A stretch of 64,000 nt of DNA. It comes from Ophelia neglecta. Taxonomy: Eukaryota. Numbering within the stretch: position 1 is the stretch's first letter; each line of letters starts with the position of its first letter. A program made the position numbers and the translations under genes. Shown here one piece after another: positions 1 to 14,700 of the stretch. The notes beneath the pieces were generated by a model that did not search any database, was not told where the DNA came from, and saw only the letters and a program-made list of their open reading frames with translations. The stretch covers positions 53,506,001-53,570,000 of the forward strand of contig OZ260664.1 in the NCBI GenBank assembly GCA_965285935.1, read 5' to 3'.

Positions 1-1481
1 TAAAATCTTTAATATCCTTTATTTAAGAGAGTGTTAACCAGGAAAAATTGTACAGTAATTGTTACTGTCAATTTACTGGAAGGTTTTAAGATTTCCCCGA
101 GAATAATTGTTCTTGTTTTCTAAACTTTATTGAAGCAGGATGAACTTATTTGACCAAAGCTTCGATTTTGTATGGTACTGTCCCCTGCTACCTATGTATA
201 CCTAGTTACTTATATGTAGCAGAGGACAGGCGCCTCGCGTACTTAGATGTGGCCGGCAGTGAAAATCTCTAGCCAGTCCTGAGCAGATATAGTGATATGC
301 ATTTTGGTTGAAATTCAATATATAATAAAATGTATAAAAACTTCTATTACTAATTCATGCATTTATAATCTTATCTAACATCGTTTAACCCCTGCTAATG
401 GGAAGAGATTTATTTTGGAGGATCTAGTTAAATTTAAAATAAAAAAACCAATGTCTGCGCATTTTCTGGTAGATGATTTTATTAATAGTGTCTAAAAAGC
501 AACCCCCTCCTCCCCACCAACCCATAAATAATGATCACTCACTTATAACTGGATGCATACATGTTGAATATTATGTTAAATGTACTTACGGATTGTCATC
601 TTTTGGCTTTCTTCATCTTTCAATTCTCCTTAATTTTTGCAACTGGGACACGATTGTCATATTGCTAGTATCTTCTCTTTCGTTTTTTCCCCATGTTTTG
701 TTGTTTACGAGTTTCCTGGAATACAAGGAGAGAGTCAGAACTCTTATACGTTGATAGCAAACAAGAATTTAACCTCGAACACTGCAGAAACAAAGTAATT
801 AGTCCATTACAAAATATTGATAAAAAAAAACATTTCGTATCCATAACGGTTAAAAACGTTTATAAATGATTTGTCACTTTGTGCACGTGACATTTCCAGA
901 GATCTATTGACCTAGTTTGGGTCTACAGAATGTTCCCTACTACAGCAAAAAATTTTCGATTAATTTCAAAATGAGTCTCTGTATTGTCCAAATCTAAACT
1001 AAATTTCTCTGTTATCGCGAACACTTGTTGCTATCAACTTGTACGCAGTTTTGCAAAACATTCCTAAATTTTGTTAAAAATAAAAATATTTACTCGGGCG
1101 CGTAACCCTTTAGTTCGAATTGTGATCATTTCTTTGAGTTTACTAGTACTTCCCTGTTATTAGTTGATTGGATTCTTAAGCAGTTACTTAACTAAAAGCA
1201 ATTTCTTCATGGGTCTATTAAGACATTTAGCATCAAAACCATACTATCTTGCCTCAATAGAAAGGGAAATATGTAGCGGATTGCCCTGTAAAGACAGTGT
1301 ATAATCAATGCATCACGTTTGGTAATGCACAGAGCATTATCACAAACAACACCAAACGAGATTGAACGGATTCGGATTTTAAGTACAAGACACGCTAGCG
1401 GTGCATAATCTAGCTGTCTATCAGTATGCTCTAAATAATAATTGTAAATGGCATCAGGGTTTAAATATCCGATGAAAACAA

Positions 1482-1650
1482 CCGGGAGTGGATACCTGGC
1501 AGACATAACCAAATCATAAGTCAAGAATAGTCCATAAAATCTACTCGAAATCACCAGGAACCAGCGGCCACAGGCTCTAACACATCAATACATCAATCTC
1601 CAGCTCCTAAACAGTAAATTAACATGTAAAAAAATAAAATACTGTAAAAC
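1482..1650. repeat. Diverged interspersed repeat, homologous to 29307-29470
   Basis: GGATACCTGGCAGACATAACCAAATC...CGAAATCACCAGGAACCA aligns with GGATACCCGGCAGACAATACTAAATC...CGAAATCGCCAGAAACCA. Confidence 0.7.
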
Positions 1651-4600
1651 AAGTAATATGATCAATGATGAGAAGTATTAGAAACATGCAATGTGGCCGA
1701 CCAGCCCTGTCGAAAACCTCCAAACGCCAACATCTTAATAGTTTCTAAACTTTAAGAACCAGAACCACCATGACTGAAAGTCAAAATGCAACCTGTGAAG
1801 CATTGAAAAACGAATATATGCTGCCTATTCAAAATAGTCAATTGCAAGACGTCATCAGCAGCGCAAGTTAATTCTTTAGTGCGCATTTGGAAGAAAAAAT
1901 ATAACAAAACTTTTCCTGAATGGTCCTTCCATCTGCCTAATGAGTTTGCAAATAATATCAATGAAAATACTAACGTGCATTGAGCAAACACTTATAACTG
2001 CGCTTGATTGATTAATATTCAGGCCTTGAATTAGGATTCAAGGAAATAGGAAAACTGTTATGCAACGGACTGTTTGTCTGTGTGCCCAAAGCTCACTGCT
2101 CCGGTACCAAATACAAGGGAAATATGTATTCCTTTCTCAGTATCCGTTCCGCAGTGACTGCTGCTCGGTGCATGAAGGTTAGAAGAACTACAATTATTTC
2201 GTTTGATACTGGTAGTAATGAGGTTGTAGTCAGTACTTCAATTTTACTGGAAAAACTCTTAAGAAGGTTCTTTGGAAATGCAACTACTCTTCCGTTTAAG
2301 AAGAAATCGATTATACGCGGGTCAACACTAGTCGTTGGTCAAAGCAAAAGATCATATTTGGGAAGCAATTAGCTAATTAACTGACTTTCAATGTCCGTTG
2401 ACTTTCTAATTCATTCCATGGGTCTCTAGTGTACCTAAAGGTTTGAATTTATGCATCGGTCATCCTTCTTGGTGTAACAAAATACACGTTACTGTCGTCA
2501 TGATGTATACTACTTGCCCGAGAAAGTCAAGCATGAAATACAATGAGCTATTTGAAAAATCACAAGAAATGATAACTCCCTTCGCTCCAAACCTGCATTC
2601 ATGTTTAATAAAAAGAAATTTCATATATTTTGGTATCCCATGCAACATATACAAGACAAATTATTTATAAAAGTTTTTAAAGGGAAGAAGCGTTCCTACC
2701 GTAGGCGAGTATGTATTGTATGTAACATGTATGATGGCTATTTTAACAAAACATATTCATATTCATGAGAACAGGGCCAAGAAACACTTTTAACGACTTC
2801 AGTTATACTTAGTTTTTGGCTGATTCTTCTGCCATAGCCTAGATTTTTGTCCAAATTTATGTTTATACTCATGTACACAAATTTGTCATAGAATATAATT
2901 TGATGCAAAATGAGTGCAACATCGGGTCTGCCAGATCCTGATGAATTTGGTTCTGTTTGATTGACAGTTCTTGATTTTTTGTCTGTCGTGTATCCAATCC
3001 CGTTTTCTCAGAGCAACGACTACTACGTTTAAGAAAAAGATGGCAAAACCTGAGACCATTGCCTTCCTGGAGGTTAGACTATATAATCATCCTTCTTATA
3101 ACACGTTACATGCACAAAATTGTTACATATAAATCTCAAGATTGAAATGGCCAGAGCAGCCGTCCAAAACCAAAACTGATGTTTGTCTTTGATTACCAAG
3201 AATCACATACAGTTCCATTGGTTGAACAGGAGACAGCACAAATTAAAACTATCTTCGAAGGAATGTTTCGTTCTCTTAACTTCTAGGTGATTAACCATTA
3301 AGCATTGCAGGCCGTCGTACTGATTACGAACCAGCAATTACAGCCGGCTCTTTCAGCTTAAATCAAACCCGGGCATGACTAATAACGCGGCCAACTGGAA
3401 GAACCGTGGATTCCGTGTAATCCAGTAGGAAGTCTGGAGGGAATGCTCATCGTGAGATTAGACGAGCATCAGAGGGGTCAATTTTATAACTTTAATACTA
3501 CCTTACCTCATAATCGTGATTAATATACCGTTTTACACACGAGTCGCTGTGTTTTTTTAAACCTGACCCGCGACAGGGTTTCAAACAATTCACAATTTCT
3601 ATTTTAAATCAAGCTGCCAGCCTACGTTATAATGTTTCCCCAACACATCTTCATTATAAATGTATGCCAACTTTGCGGTATATTAACTGCTGTGCGTGGT
3701 ATAATAATACACATATAAATTGCAGTTTTTTAAATGGAATAGGGTAAAGGATCACATTTATTTGTCATAAATTATTTTGAGGTGCTTCGAATTTTTAAAA
3801 AGTTGTTATTTACTCAATTAACCTTGGGTATCAGCAGACCCAAGTCAGATAATTTGCTTTGTATAATTTGATTGTTGAAATAGTATTTCAACCTTGGCAT
3901 TCGCTGCTCGATTAGTGCTTTCAAGGCCATGATGGTCTTAATGACTCCGTTTTAGAGACCGGGAGAAACAATTAATGATTGATGAATTGCAGAATAGAAG
4001 CCCCCGTGGTTATTCTAAATTCAGGACATGGGAATAAGAGAATTTGTCCTTTCTTAAGATTAACTTACAGGTTGGCGCGTCGGAACTGAGCAAACAGTCC
4101 CTGGATGTAACATAGGCTGAGAAGGAAGGGACTCTCTGGGTCGTGTCGAAAGGAAATCCTCTCTGCAGTCCCTCTGCGATGTCACATCGTATCTTTTTGT
4201 AAACGCGTACAAAGTTTTAAATTAATTCTTAGTCCGACTTAGATCTTTTCATGAAAAAGGGAGTGAACTCAGTGGTGTTTCGTAACTCTAAGTAAATGTC
4301 AACTGCTTTAATGGTGAAATTGAAAGCGCCTGGATAATGGGAAAGAAAGACATGTTTAAAGGGAGGGACACTGCAAAATGTTCAGAATTCCAGTGTTTCA
4401 TTGAAATACATGCATGTGGCTCCTTGAAAATATTGATGCATGAACAACCTTCTCAACCCTTGAGTTTTGGCAAGAACTTTAGGATAAGCTCAAATTACGA
4501 GTTGTATGTTTATCTTTCAACCTGACTGCAGGGCATATCGGTTCCCCAAATAAACATTCAAAATGTGTATATTTGCCTATGTATTTTGCTTTCTTGGAAA

Positions 4601-5448
4601 CCCGTCCACGTTTAAGTGTATTGATTTGAAATTATTTAAATTAACATTGACCCAAATATTTGCATCTAAACATTCATAACTTGACTCAATGCCTCGTTCT
4701 GTACAGAAATGTGCTATTTTTCATTACCAGCGAAAGCTAATCTTCAAATTGTTTTCATAATATCCTCAGTTGATTATATATCCCTGCCGTGTTATCAGCC
4801 CAAACGGATCCTTTTTATACATAAATGTATATATCTGCGACAAATTGTAAAACCCTTTTACTATTTCACTATCATTATCTTGAAAACGTTGACACATCTT
4901 GTCACTGGAGTGCAAACCAATATTTCAACAACACGTATGATATGGTACGTCATATGTTGTGATACGTTTGATAAAACTGCATATGTATTTATATATCTTA
5001 AACTGCTTTATTATTGTTTGGTATCGTTTCCATGGCAACCATAACAAATGGTAAAATAACTTTATTATTGTTGGACATCGTTTTCATAGTATGCATGGTT
5101 ACTCAAGCACCCTCACGATGTCTTTTCGATTTTATTCGGTAACCAAATCTCAAGGTCCGTGCGGCGCCAGTACCTAATGTGACCACTACCCTTGTAATAT
5201 CGGAGACGTTTAAACATGTCTTAAAAAATCACCGGCGCGCCGGGGAAATATTCGGCCGAGCCGGGAAAATGTCACTAAGGATTAAGGTGGATATCATGGC
5301 AAATATGCAGGAGCAGCCTGCCTTGATACAGCTATCAAATAGAATGCAATTATGCTCAAGAATAGAGTCAAAAAACTACCTATGAACCATCATCATTTAT
5401 AGTTAAATGAAGATTTACTTGTGTCTTTAGACTCTTTTGCATACGAGT

Positions 5449-5728
5449 ATTCAACGAGTATTCACGCTGAAATACATTTTGGGTAAAGTTCAGTCTTAAA
5501 TGTTAACATCGTTGTTAAAAGATATAAGCCAACATTGTTAGGACTGCTGAGGGGTTGTGGCATTTCTCTAAAGGCTGGTCACAATTTATTTCCAAACAAT
5601 GAGTTTGACTAGCCATTTCACACCACACCACTGAGCACGGTAAAACCAGATATTGTATACCCTTAATGGCGAGCGGCAAAATACCACAAGATGGTTACTT
5701 AGGTTTTCTGCTCTTGTGATATTACTCA
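5449..5728 (+). repeat. Left copy of a ~280-bp inverted repeat pair (partner 10688-10975)
   Basis: For example TTGTTAGGACTGCTGAGGGGTTG and CACCACACCACTGAGCACGGTA are reverse complements of sequence within 10773-10881; moderately diverged. Confidence 0.9.
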
Positions 5729-8700
5729 GGCGTTAATGTTGCGATAACGGCCAATGTCCGGAAGGTGAAAGGAAGGTGAAAAATTGAACTTGGGAATAGT
5801 ATCTCTTTTCGACAATAACCGTCTCTTTCGTTTTCAGATACCTTCTCTGAATTTGAAATACAACTAAGGGTGTAATTATTTTAAAAATATCACTTGATAC
5901 AATATGGCTAGCGACAGAAGCGCAGTCAGTAATATTGAAGAATCGTTTGCAAAGCTGTGAACAATTTGTCGATGAAATTATGCTTAAATATTGCGGCTCG
6001 CCATAAAGGAAACGGTATCTGTCGTTACCGTGCTCATGCAGTGATGCGGGTGTGGTTTTGTCGTCCATCATACAAGGCTATTCTGGTTATCATTCATAAA
6101 GTCGTCAGCAATAAAGTCTTGAAAAGTGAAGCACGTATGGTAAGTATATAGGAAAATTTCATTGGTCAGGAGTTTGATTGTATCTTACTATTTATCCTCA
6201 AATAGAAAAGAGAGGCCTTAGAGGGCTGACTTAAGGTGCAGTTGTTCCTTTGAACAGATATAGTCAGTTCACTGGAGGTGATCCATCCTTCGATAGTGGA
6301 TCGACTAATACAATTACATTGTATTGACAAGGAATGCTGGTTTATCCGAAAGCAGGTCGTGTGCCAATTTAGTGTCCTTGATTAATATCAGATAAACCCA
6401 AAAGTGTCCAGGGAGAGAGAATCGCCCGAGGGACGTGTAGACAACAATATATATGAATGCACACACCAGTATGGAATGGTTGAATGGTAGACAACATTTC
6501 ATAGATTTAAGGGCTTGTTCTACATTCAGGGGCCACCAACGACCACTGGGGTTAATTTGGTCAAAAATGCCAGGACAAGTAATATCCGCGATGTAACACT
6601 TGTATAAGAGTTTCTAAACCACTTTTCTATATAATTAATCAGTTCTTGTTTGCCACCTGTAGATCTAAGAGCATCCAGCAGCATATATCGCGGTTCCTAA
6701 AAAGCACATACAGTGCATTATAGTTACATTACACATAAAGATTTATATAGTGGTCTCTAAATGATCTGATCTGATGGTAGCTAGCGAAGAAGTTTATATG
6801 CTGATCTGATCAAATGAGATTAATTTGCCAGCCAGCAGAAACAGACATCAGAACAGATATGCATCAGAACAGATCGTTGGGTACACCCTACATTGTTCAA
6901 TAGTTTGCTCGTGCTGCGGATAAAATGGATTGATAGATAAGAAGTAGTATCTACTAAACGTGTAGTCTGGAGCGTTAAGCATAGTACGTAGTTTTTTTTA
7001 GGGACCAGCATTAAACATGTTCAAATGATTACAAGGTTGAAACATAGAAGCAGCAAGTGCCGATAATTACACTTGGTCGAGACGAGCATCTTATGAAAAT
7101 GGAGGAAAACGACAACGGTCGATATTTCCTCCATATTGACCTTCATATAGATGGCGAAGACTGCATCGATTTAGCATTTGCACTAGTGACAACATTTTAA
7201 GTCCCCTTACCCAAAAAGGGATAACCTGTTGATATCATGTAACAGATACTCGAGAAGGTAATACGAACAGTGCTTGCTGATTTCTGCCACTTAGTGCTCC
7301 ACGACAACACGCAAAATGGGATCCCAATCCCGAGCGTATTGCAGTCTGCCAATAACTTACACCCTTCAAGTTGGTAAATTGGTACAAGGTTCCCTATTAC
7401 CAATAATTGCAACACAAGACTAAGATTCCTGGTAAAAAAGATCGTCTAGTGTCCATATCTAATATAGACCTAGATTGTCTTATAAAACAACGAGAGTTTG
7501 CAATATTGAATTTAATATCGCTTGGAGGTGGGGGGGGGGGGGGGCAGTATCACCAAAATGTTGTACTATTAACCACAATTGGCGGCCCTAGCATGTTTTA
7601 CAAAACTCCCAAAACTATATGAAATATAACTTGTGGAGCCTGGTAAAAAAAAACTTGGGTTTGCAATTAAGACTAAATTCTATAAGTGAATGTTTCCCCC
7701 TAGATCTAACTTTCATCATTTTCCTGGTAATGTAGCAACACTAAAGTGACTTACAAATTATAGCAACTCTTTGTTTTCATAAACGAAGAAAGAAGCTCGT
7801 GCCTCAACAAGAGAATAACAATGGGTCCAATTGTCCTCATGTGCATGAGACATAACAATACTTTTTCTTCAAGAAAAATAATTGTTCTCAAGAAATTTAA
7901 AGAAACCTCTTTATAAAGAAGCCAATCGACATATCAGTTTCAAAAATAATAAACTGGTAATCATGCCACATTCATTTATAAAGCCACAAGCGCGTGTTCA
8001 CCTGTTCTTAATCATAACAGTCGAGGACCCCTTCACCCCTACTCCATCAATATCACCTGCTACCTAGCTCATTTGTTTCCTTTTTGCCCCTGCTATTTAT
8101 AAAGGTAGTATATTGTGACATCCACCTCAATCTCTTCTACTGCATGTATTATTCTCGTACAACATTTACTCATGGATCATTCGTTTTGTAGCTTGAACCA
8201 ATTATCATATCAAGCGGTCTCACGTATAATTATTTTCTCCTTGCTGTTCTTTGCAGTTGTTAAACTGAATATATATTTTGAGTGTTTTCTCATTCAGCTG
8301 ACGGTTCATGGTTGATTAAGATTTAGTCTCAATCAGCCGGTCGATGACTTATGTCGGGAGACCCATGTCTGTTCTAGTTTTCGAATGATAGCCCAGTTTA
8401 TACTAGCTAGCTGTTTGGAGAAAGATTAAGAAGGTTTGGAAGCCTTATATCAATGTCTCTGATATAAAACGTGTGCATTAAACAAGCTTTAAATGATTAT
8501 TAACTGTTCACAAATATAAACGGAAGTTAAAACGACAACAATGTTCTGGAATTATCGCATTTTAAATTCTTTTTCGTTAACTCGGTCTTCGCAGATCCGG
8601 GCGAATTTTTACTATATGTACCAAACTAGTAGGTGATTCCACTAATTACCTAGTGTTCCGTTTGTATACACCCGTACTACTAAGATTATAAACACTTGAA

Positions 8701-10687
8701 CGCTTTCTTATTCTGCGTTTTAGTGTGAAAATTTTGTATTGGTGTTCTTTTGTCTAATCCACCCGTTTGGGTATATTTCAGCAAAAACCGAATTTAAGAT
8801 GCATGTCTTATTATATATTCCCTTCTGCCTTGACAGCTTTTATTGATGGGGGTAGTTTTGTGGAAGACACATTCATTCGGACGATAATATATCCATCTAT
8901 TGAATTCTTCCAAACACATAAGGAACCGTCGACGGTTTACTTCAGAATCATAAAACACCGATATCCTGTTCTACAAAAAAATAGAAGCAAGGACGGACGT
9001 GATCAATTTGGACTGAATCAAAATGCTATCACTTACCATGAGAGGCTCTGTACGGCTCTGCACATTGCCAGAAAACCAATGAGGTCAAATTTGAGCAAAC
9101 AGGAAATTTGCTTGGGGAGATTTTGAGACGGACTTATCTGTCTTTTAGAATATATGAATATAGTCATTATATGTGTGGTATTCGGGCGCATGCCTGGTTG
9201 TACACCGTATCTGTGCGTGTTGTTAGGTCACGGGGTTGTTTCCCCATCAGTTCCGTAAACTGTAATAAACTGTATAAGAATTGCTCTCTACGTTTATATT
9301 GTTTTTGATTATGATCCTTTATCTAGAGGCTGCCGGTAACAGTGGTGGTAGCGTTGATTCTATTACGAATGTTTGCCAACACATCTGGTACTAAATTGGG
9401 CTATATTTTTTGAGGACATGTTTTAGTGTAAACTTAGTTTCCTTTCATAATATCACTTGTTTGCACTTTTACTTTGGACAGTGTAGCTCTAGTATTATAC
9501 CCAATTATGCACGGGTTCATGTTCATGATATTGCATCAACTGATGCGAATGTTTACATGCTTCTATGCGGAGGTTTCGTGTTGTGGTAGTACTCTAACGT
9601 GACACTGCATAGCTGAACACATGATCTCCATCAGTTTCTGTCGTCCTCACTCCTTCTTGGAACAGCCTTACGGTTATATTTTTAAATTAAGAGGCGGTAA
9701 ATAGAAGCTATACAGTGTCTGAAGCATTCGTGTAGTTGAAGATAGGATTAAGGATGTGTGCGAACTTATTGAAACAGAAATTCGTATAGTCTGTGAGTGT
9801 CTCATTTACTCAACGCTAAGAGTGCTATAATGTGGAAAACAACAGTCGAGTGTCAATGGGCCAATTGCCTATCAGAGTAAAGTCCTATGTAAATTAATAT
9901 AATATGCGAACAACGGATTCGGACTGGTTTGATATCAAGATATCATAAACTAGCACTTACAATAAAATTTCTTATGTTTCGCGAGCCCTTATTTCGCGAA
10001 TTTCTCGAGAAGAAAAAAACTGTAATTAAAAGGAAATGTGTACATCATAGCCACAGTGTGAACAGGTCGGGACATAACTAGTGTCCTTACTATTCCTTTT
10101 TGCTAATCGCCATCAACAGTTAAATTTAAATTCCAAAACAGAAAACAACTTATTTTCTGATTGTGATATACTGATTTAACAACTCCCTTGTACAATGAAA
10201 ACGGAATGACCTAAGTTCAGTTTGTTAAGTAAAACGACTTAAAGAAATACCGACGTCATTATACAGGTAGTTTATTGTCACGAGCCTTAAGGATGGCTCT
10301 CGAGGCCAGCTCCTTAGGGATTAGATCTCCAGCTTTGGGTAAGGCCGTTAATACCCTGGCAAATAATGAACCATGAACTGTTAATTAGGAAATGACAGTT
10401 CCTGGTACACCAGGATTTTCGCCGGGAAATTATGCCACTCACCAATCGTTTGTTTGTAGGTCTCAGGCTAAGGTGGCTTCTAGATGGTCTATTTTACGTA
10501 TCATTTGTCAGCATACCTTTCTTTCTATTTATGTCACCGAGAAGTGACATATATATGCTGCCCAGGGCATGGTAATCATTTATAGGTGGCCGATTACTAC
10601 CAACCCGCGGTGCATGCCTTGCGAAAGGAGTCAAAACGCCTTCTACTACATGAACAGTTGGTAGAACATGAACACGATTCCAACACA

Positions 10688-10975
10688 TGAGTAATATCGC
10701 AAGACCAGGAAAACTAGGTAACCATCTCGTGGAATTATGCCGCTCAACATTAAGGGTTTAGGTATCTGCCGCTACCGTGCTCAGTGGTGTGGTGTAAAAT
10801 GGCTAGTTAACCTCATGGTTTCGAAATAAATTGTGACCAGCCTTCAGATAAATGCAACAACCCCTCAGCAGTCCTAACAATTTTAGCCTTTTCAACCTGT
10901 AGCCTGTAGACAACGATGTTAACATTCAAGACTGACCTTTACCCAAAATTATTTCGGCGTGAATACTTGTTGAAT
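10688..10975 (-). repeat. Right copy of a ~280-bp inverted repeat pair (partner 5449-5728)
   Basis: Reverse complement aligns end to end with 5449-5728, with small indels. Confidence 0.9.
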
Positions 10976-11010
10976 TTTTTTTTATTTGCACACAAAAAAC
11001 CAAAAAAGTC

Positions 11011-11703
11011 GATAATAACTAGCGCCATGAAGAAGGTGGTAAATGCACTCACTAGTAATAACTAGTGCCATGAAGAAGGTGGTAAATGCGCTTACTAGTG
11101 ATAGTCAGTGCCATGAAGAAGGTGGTGAATGCACTCACTAGTGATAACTAGTGCAATGAAGAAGGTGGTAAATGCGCTTACTAGTGATAGCCAGTGCCAT
11201 GAAGAAGGTGGTAAATGCACTCACTAGTAATAACTAGTGCCATGAAGAAGGTGGTAAATGCGCTTACTAGTGATAGCCAGTGCCATGAAGAAGGTGGTAA
11301 ATGCGCTTACTAGTGATAGCCAGTGCCATGAAGAAGGTGGTAAATGCACTCACTAGTAATAACTAGTGCAATGAAGAAGGTGGTAAATGCGCTTACTAGT
11401 GATAGCCAGTGCCATGAAGAAGGTGGTAAATGCACTCACTAGTAATAACTAGTGCCATGAAGAAGGTGGTAAATGCGCTTACTAGTGATAGCCAGTGCCA
11501 TGAAGAAGGTGGTGAATGCACTCACTAGTGATAACTAGTGCAATGAAGAAGGTGGTAAATGCGCTTACTAGTGATAGCCAGTGCCATGAAGAAGGTGGTA
11601 AATGCGCTTACTAGTGATAGCCAGTGCCATGAAGAAGGTGGTGAATGCACACACTAGTGATAACTAGTGCCATCAAGAAGGTGGTAAATGCTCTCACTAG
11701 TGA
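11011..11703. repeat. 43-bp minisatellite, ~16 copies, with two interleaved variants
   Basis: Unit GATAACTAGTGCCATGAAGAAGGTGGTAAATGCACTCACTAGT and variant GATAGCCAGTGCCATGAAGAAGGTGGTAAATGCGCTTACTAGT; no unique spacers. Confidence 0.97.
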
Positions 11704-14609
11704 CTGTGACTCCCGTCTGGTGTCTCTTCAGCTGTGTCTAAATAGTTGCAGAGAGAGCAAAGTTTCAGTGCTATATTGGTTGCTTATAGCAAATTCCGGC
11801 CCCTATTCCGACGGGGATATTTAACTTCACTTGCTTGGCAGTGGAACACCAAATCGATTTAAACTTCACGGTGTACAAGACCCTGTATTGTGATATGCTC
11901 ATATGCACATCTTCGAAGATTTTGGTTCTACCGAAAAAATAGACTATCCATAGCTGGTGATCGATTTTTAGGAGCAAACGATCCTACTATCCGAAATTCT
12001 TTGCGGGCCAATTAATTGGTTCATCTGCTGAGTACATAATTTTGCTTAAGAAACAATTTTAATTTAACCAACTTGCTTCTACGCGCTTCAAATTCTGACG
12101 GCTACTTTAAATTAATCAATCTTCGTATTTGTATCCGTGACTGTTTGGTAGTATCATATTGCAAAGAGCATTTGGGTTGACATTCCTTGGTAGACCTACT
12201 GAGCATCATAATGCTATATACTATTCCTATTCTTATCATATCATAGGCCTCGTATTATTTATTTAGGTAAGTGTTTTTATGATGATTCAGAGCTTTAAAG
12301 TGGGCCACTTGATAATAGTCATAAAAAATACCTTATTAGCAGGACCAGCGCAGCAGGTCCACCGAAGCAGGACCACCGCAGCAGGTCCAGCCGGAAAGTC
12401 AGCATGCTTACAGCGGAGAAGCTGCATGTACAGCAGGACAACCTGCAGCAAGCAGAAAAAATCACAGTTAAAAGCTTTTAAGATAATTCATATTATTTTC
12501 CTACATAGAGTTACAGTTTCTTCTACAAATTCATATACGATCTAGAAATACATGGCCGGATTGTGTACTTCCAGGAATTCATATATATCACTAAGTTTAG
12601 AGTAAAGTGTTCTAAGGGCCAGAAATAGTTGAACGTATAAGCATCCAGAGTTTATATAGGAGGCAATGCTAGTTATTGTATTCTATCTACAGTATAAATG
12701 TAAAAACAAATCGTTATTCAGTGTGGCGATGGCATCCCACAGGTTGAGCCGAAGATAACCCTGACCTATAAAGCACCTTTAATACACCATACAACCAAAA
12801 TCTACCATTAGGCCTATATTCAATGTTGAAAGGATGAAGTCAATGTTCAAGGAAATTTGGTTAAATTTGTAGCCATTAACTGAAAATGAAAAAAAAGCTT
12901 ATTTGGCTACTTTTGGCGTCATTTTTTAAAAACTTTAAAAAAAGGCAACACTTTTCATTTATTTCTAAAATTAACTTCCTAATTATCAAAACATCATTCA
13001 CTGGAATTAGAGAGCTGAATCTGGGATTATTAAACAGATAGAGCTAAAATTGTTGACCCCCTATATACACAAACACAGTTAGTATTACAGTATATAAGGA
13101 TGTAGACTTAAGAGATTTTACACAAGTCAGCCAAATTTCTATCAAATGGGTTCCAACTTTCCAAACCCAATCAATCAGGTATAATTCTGATTATTTTTCA
13201 GATTAATCAGAATATTATGCGTTATCCTATATATAAATGTAGGAATAACCTTCAGGAAGCTGACTGAAAATGGGTGGAGAAGTGCTGAACTTATTTAATA
13301 ATTTATTGACGATGATTGCAAAGTAGCAATATTGTAACTAACAACACACTTAACTTACTGTAAATCATGACAATAAACACTTAATATTAACGTTATGTTT
13401 TCGAATACCACAAACATTTCATTCAGCACCAATGTCATTTGCTTTTTAATGCTTTAATATAAGTACCTATATCTAGTACGTAGTAGTGTGTTCCCACGCA
13501 CATAAGTTGGTAAATCATTTACTCATTATTACCAACAATTACGTCTTTTGCCATTGTTTTATTGCCGTCTTGCACATCATGCAAAATGACCTCCGCGCCC
13601 GCCTCTTCCGCGCCCGCGCTTAATCAAACGCCACTTTATGTAAATAAATTGTCACTTTTACCAAAGAGTTTGAAGATAGTAACAGCGTCCTAACCGCAGC
13701 ACAGAGATGGGTATTTAATTAAGCCCCAGCCGCCTAGATGGGGCCAATAACTAGAAAGGTGGATGGGTTTATGTCAAACCAAGCCCTTAGCTACCCACTT
13801 ATTTATGGTCTAATTTGTTTTTGCTTGCGGTACTGAAACAATAATTGTAGTGAAAGCAGCCCAAGTCTTTGACATGAAATAGGCAATAAATTTGTTAACA
13901 AGGCTCTGATAAAAAGAAAGCATGACGATCTTCCGGTGTTATTAAAGCAGGTTAAAAGTTTCCACGTTTCTCGAAAATGTATTGGCACATAAATATGGCA
14001 GTTAGAATAGAAGAGTACGGCCATCCTTCATTGTTTATTGTGTTTTCATTTTTCCTTCCTCTCGAGCCGCTCATCAAGGAGAACACTCGGATCTTTCTTG
14101 ATGTCAGATCTAAATCATATTCTTGGTCGTAAATGAGTTCCACGGTGGTTGAAACAAGTGTATCTTAAAAGCCACAATGCGGGGTCAGAACTACACAATA
14201 TATCCAGGCCATGATTAAGTAATGGTCCATCAAGTAATGAGCGTTAAGCAGCAGAAATATGGCGTTGACCACTGTATATAAGTGTGTTATACAAATTCCA
14301 TCAGTTTGGATATATTGGATTCAATTGTGGACCCTGCCTTTGTAAATGGGAATGAAGTAAAACAAAAGGGAAACAATTATTAGATCTGCCGGGCATTAGC
14401 CAACAGTGTTGGGGGGGGGGGAGACAATGTGACAGGAACACAGTTGAAGCCAAAGTACAGCTAACGAGTACAAATCAATAACTGAACGGTCATCAGTTTA
14501 CAATGTATACAAAGGAAATCTACACAGGGGGGATCTGGATAGTCCACACTAAGAATTCACCTAAAGGAGGTCCCAAATATTCCTGGAAAAACAGAAACAA
14601 AAGTTAGAA

Positions 14610-14700
14610 CAGTAGGGCCCACTGTCACAAGTAGGCACCGAGGCGATATGACCAAGTGTTGCAAGCCACTTAAACCTAAAATAACCAACCAACCCAAGCC
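14610..14700 (+). mobile_element. Probable SINE 3' end
   Basis: ...CGATATGACC...TTAAACCTAAAATAACCAACCAACC resembles the simple-repeat tail of invertebrate tRNA-derived SINEs; no 5' tRNA head recognised. Confidence 0.4.

Noticed and set aside
11011-11703. CRISPR array
   Set aside because: Units are contiguous near-identical repeats with no unique spacers, there are no cas genes, and the context is eukaryotic.
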